From contig OY821645.1 in assembly GCA_963682135.1 (NCBI GenBank), positions 2,016,001 to 2,080,000 of the forward strand: a stretch of DNA of 64,000 nt. Reading direction: 5' to 3'. Of the stretch, positions 62,406 to 64,000 are shown piece after piece (the first letter of the stretch is position 1; each line of letters starts with the position of its first letter). Position numbers and translations under genes: made by a program. The notes under the pieces were generated by a model, which saw only the letters and a program-made list of their open reading frames with translations, made no database searches and had not been told where the DNA came from. The DNA is from Methanothrix sp. (GTDB lineage Archaea > Halobacteriota > Methanosarcinia > Methanotrichales > Methanotrichaceae).

Positions 62406-63500
62406 ATGATAAACCGGATACGGAGGAGCTTTACCGGGGTGGCGGTTTGCCAGCATGGCGGCAAAGTGCAGGAGGCGGCATCTATTTTGGGAGCGGAGCC
62501 TTTAGACTTCTCTGCCAATATCAATCCACTGGGCTCACCGCCTCTCAAGGAATTGTTTTTAGAAGAGCTTAAACATTTAGGCCATTACCCGGACAGCAGC
62601 TACCGCAACTTTCGTCGCGCCGCCGCAAAATTCGTAAATGTTGATATGGATTGCATTGTGCCCGGCAACGGCTCTTCGGAGCTGATCCGGTTATTTGCCG
62701 AATGCTGCCTGGAGGATGGAGACACGGTCCTGGTGCCCACGCCCTCCTTTGGCGAGTACACTAACCAGTCGATGCTTGCCGGAGGAAATGTAATTAAAGT
62801 AGACATCGGAGAGGACGGCCTGCCCATATTAAGCGACCGACAGCTGGCGCAAGCGAAGCTGCTCTTCCTCTGCAACCCCAACAATCCCACAGGAAAGCTT
62901 CTTTCTGCAAGCCAGGTGACTGACCTTGCCGATCGATGCGAGGCATCTGAGACCTTCCTCCTGGTAGACGAGGCATTCATTGAGCTTTCTAAGCCCGAAG
63001 AGAGCGTGGCAACCCTCGCGCCGAATAGAGAATCGCTCTTCGTCATGAGGTCGCTCACCAAGTCCTTTGGAGTGCCCGGCCTGCGCCTGGGCTTTGGGGT
63101 GACAAACGTCGATTTAACCCGGATCATGAACCTGGCCAGAATCCCCTGGTCTATAGGCTCGCTCGCAGCGGCGGCGGCAGAATATCTGCTTGGCTGTGAT
63201 GAACATCTTATGCGTTCGCGGCAGATTATTAAGACGGAGATTGCCTGGCTGCAGGACTCCCTGCGGGGATTAGGGCTGCATCCCATTCCGAGCAGCGTCA
63301 ACTTCATTCTAGTGAACATAGAGCCTTGCGGTCTGGCATCCGATGTTCTGGCAAAGAGGTCCATGCGAGAAGGAGTGCTGGTGCGCGACTGCCAGTCCTT
63401 TGGCCTGGGCAAGAGCTACATCCGGGTAGCAGTACGAAGCCATAGCGAGAACAAGCAGCTGATCGCAGCCCTGGAGAAGGCTTTAGCATGCAGAGACTGA
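62406..63500 (+). CDS. cobD: L-threonine-O-3-phosphate decarboxylase
   Basis: HGG, DFSANINPLG, CNPNNPTG, VDEAF, RSLTKSFGVPGLRLG; upstream of cbiB. Confidence 0.88.
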   Translation: MINRIRRSFTGVAVCQHGGKVQEAASILGAEPLDFSANINPLGSPPLKELFLEELKHLGHYPDSSYRNFRRAAAKFVNVDMDCIVPGNGSSELIRLFAECCLEDGDTVLVPTPSFGEYTNQSMLAGGNVIKVDIGEDGLPILSDRQLAQAKLLFLCNPNNPTGKLLSASQVTDLADRCEASETFLLVDEAFIELSKPEESVATLAPNRESLFVMRSLTKSFGVPGLRLGFGVTNVDLTRIMNLARIPWSIGSLAAAAAEYLLGCDEHLMRSRQIIKTEIAWLQDSLRGLGLHPIPSSVNFILVNIEPCGLASDVLAKRSMREGVLVRDCQSFGLGKSYIRVAVRSHSENKQLIAALEKALACRD

Positions 63501-63730
63501 ATTGCGAGAAATTTCCCTGTCACTCTCTGGATCAGGACTGCTCCCTCTGCTTTTGTCCATTTTATCCCTGCCTGGACAGGAGAACAGGCGGCAGAGAGCA
63601 GGACGGAAGCTGGTTTTGCGGCTCATGCCTGTTCATCCACCGCCCGGAGGTGGCCGGCATGATATTGGACGCACTCATGAACGGCGAGGCTCTTGGCACC
63701 GTCTGGAAAAAGCTGGAGGAAGAGCTGTGA
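63488..63730 (+). CDS. Cysteine-rich small domain protein
   Basis: [23 protein letters not shown]. Confidence 0.8.
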   Translation: MQRLNCEKFPCHSLDQDCSLCFCPFYPCLDRRTGGREQDGSWFCGSCLFIHRPEVAGMILDALMNGEALGTVWKKLEEEL

Positions 63731-63740
63731 GGAGACCGCA

Positions 63741-64000
63741 ATGATTACAGAAAGCCTGGCAGTATTTCTCCTGGCTGCGGCCTACGACATCTTCTTAGGC
63801 GAGATGCCGGCAAAAGTACACCCCGTGGTCTGGATAGGGAAACTGATCGCCTTCCTGCGCGCGCGGGCCAGGCCCACTCGGGCGAGCGGAATTGCTCTGG
63901 CCATAACAGTGATAGTAGTAACCGTTCTGGCCGGCCACCTGGCAGTGATGGCAGCAGGATTTGTGCCGCTACTTCCCCTATTAGTCTCTGCCTATCTTCT
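63741..64000 (+). CDS. cbiB: Adenosylcobinamide-phosphate synthase CbiB (partial, runs off window)
   Basis: MITESL..D..LGE...HPVVWIG; RBS GAGGAG. Confidence 0.85.
   Translation, partial: MITESLAVFLLAAAYDIFLGEMPAKVHPVVWIGKLIAFLRARARPTRASGIALAITVIVVTVLAGHLAVMAAGFVPLLPLLVSAYL

Overview
Chromosomal window from a methanogenic archaeon of the Methanosarcinales. Gene content and the many lineage-type secreted proteins suggest Methanothrix (Methanosaeta); this is inferred, not searched. Core genes: dut, srp54, gyrBA, paaK plus an ACT-domain protein, an AAA ATPase/ACT pair, coaBC-pok-pps, a complete cdhABC-cooC-cdhDE (ACDS) operon, cobD-cbiB, and tRNA-Leu(UAA), tRNA-Cys(GCA) and an intron-containing tRNA-Met(CAU). 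Between them lie visibly AT-richer accessory blocks: a secreted amidohydrolase, a PAS/GAF histidine kinase cluster, beta-helix/pentapeptide surface proteins, a presenilin island and decayed IS200/IS605 elements. The main leads are: (1) two tandem ~58-aa genes between cdhC and cooC, one missing from the ORF track, which encode as free proteins the linker and beta-strand tail normally fused to the C-terminus of ACDS beta, while CdhC here ends in a different acidic domain; (2) an AT-rich island with a presenilin-family protease facing a type-I membrane protein with a degenerate transglutaminase-like domain; (3) a regulator-larE-sufS-fdhD-ncsA sulfur-transfer operon; (4) an unannotated 33-aa membrane protein, a CTAG-flanked MITE and several relics collapsed by internal deletion. 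Where a downstream start codon with a better RBS was evident, starts were adjusted from the ORF track. All family assignments come from motif recognition only.
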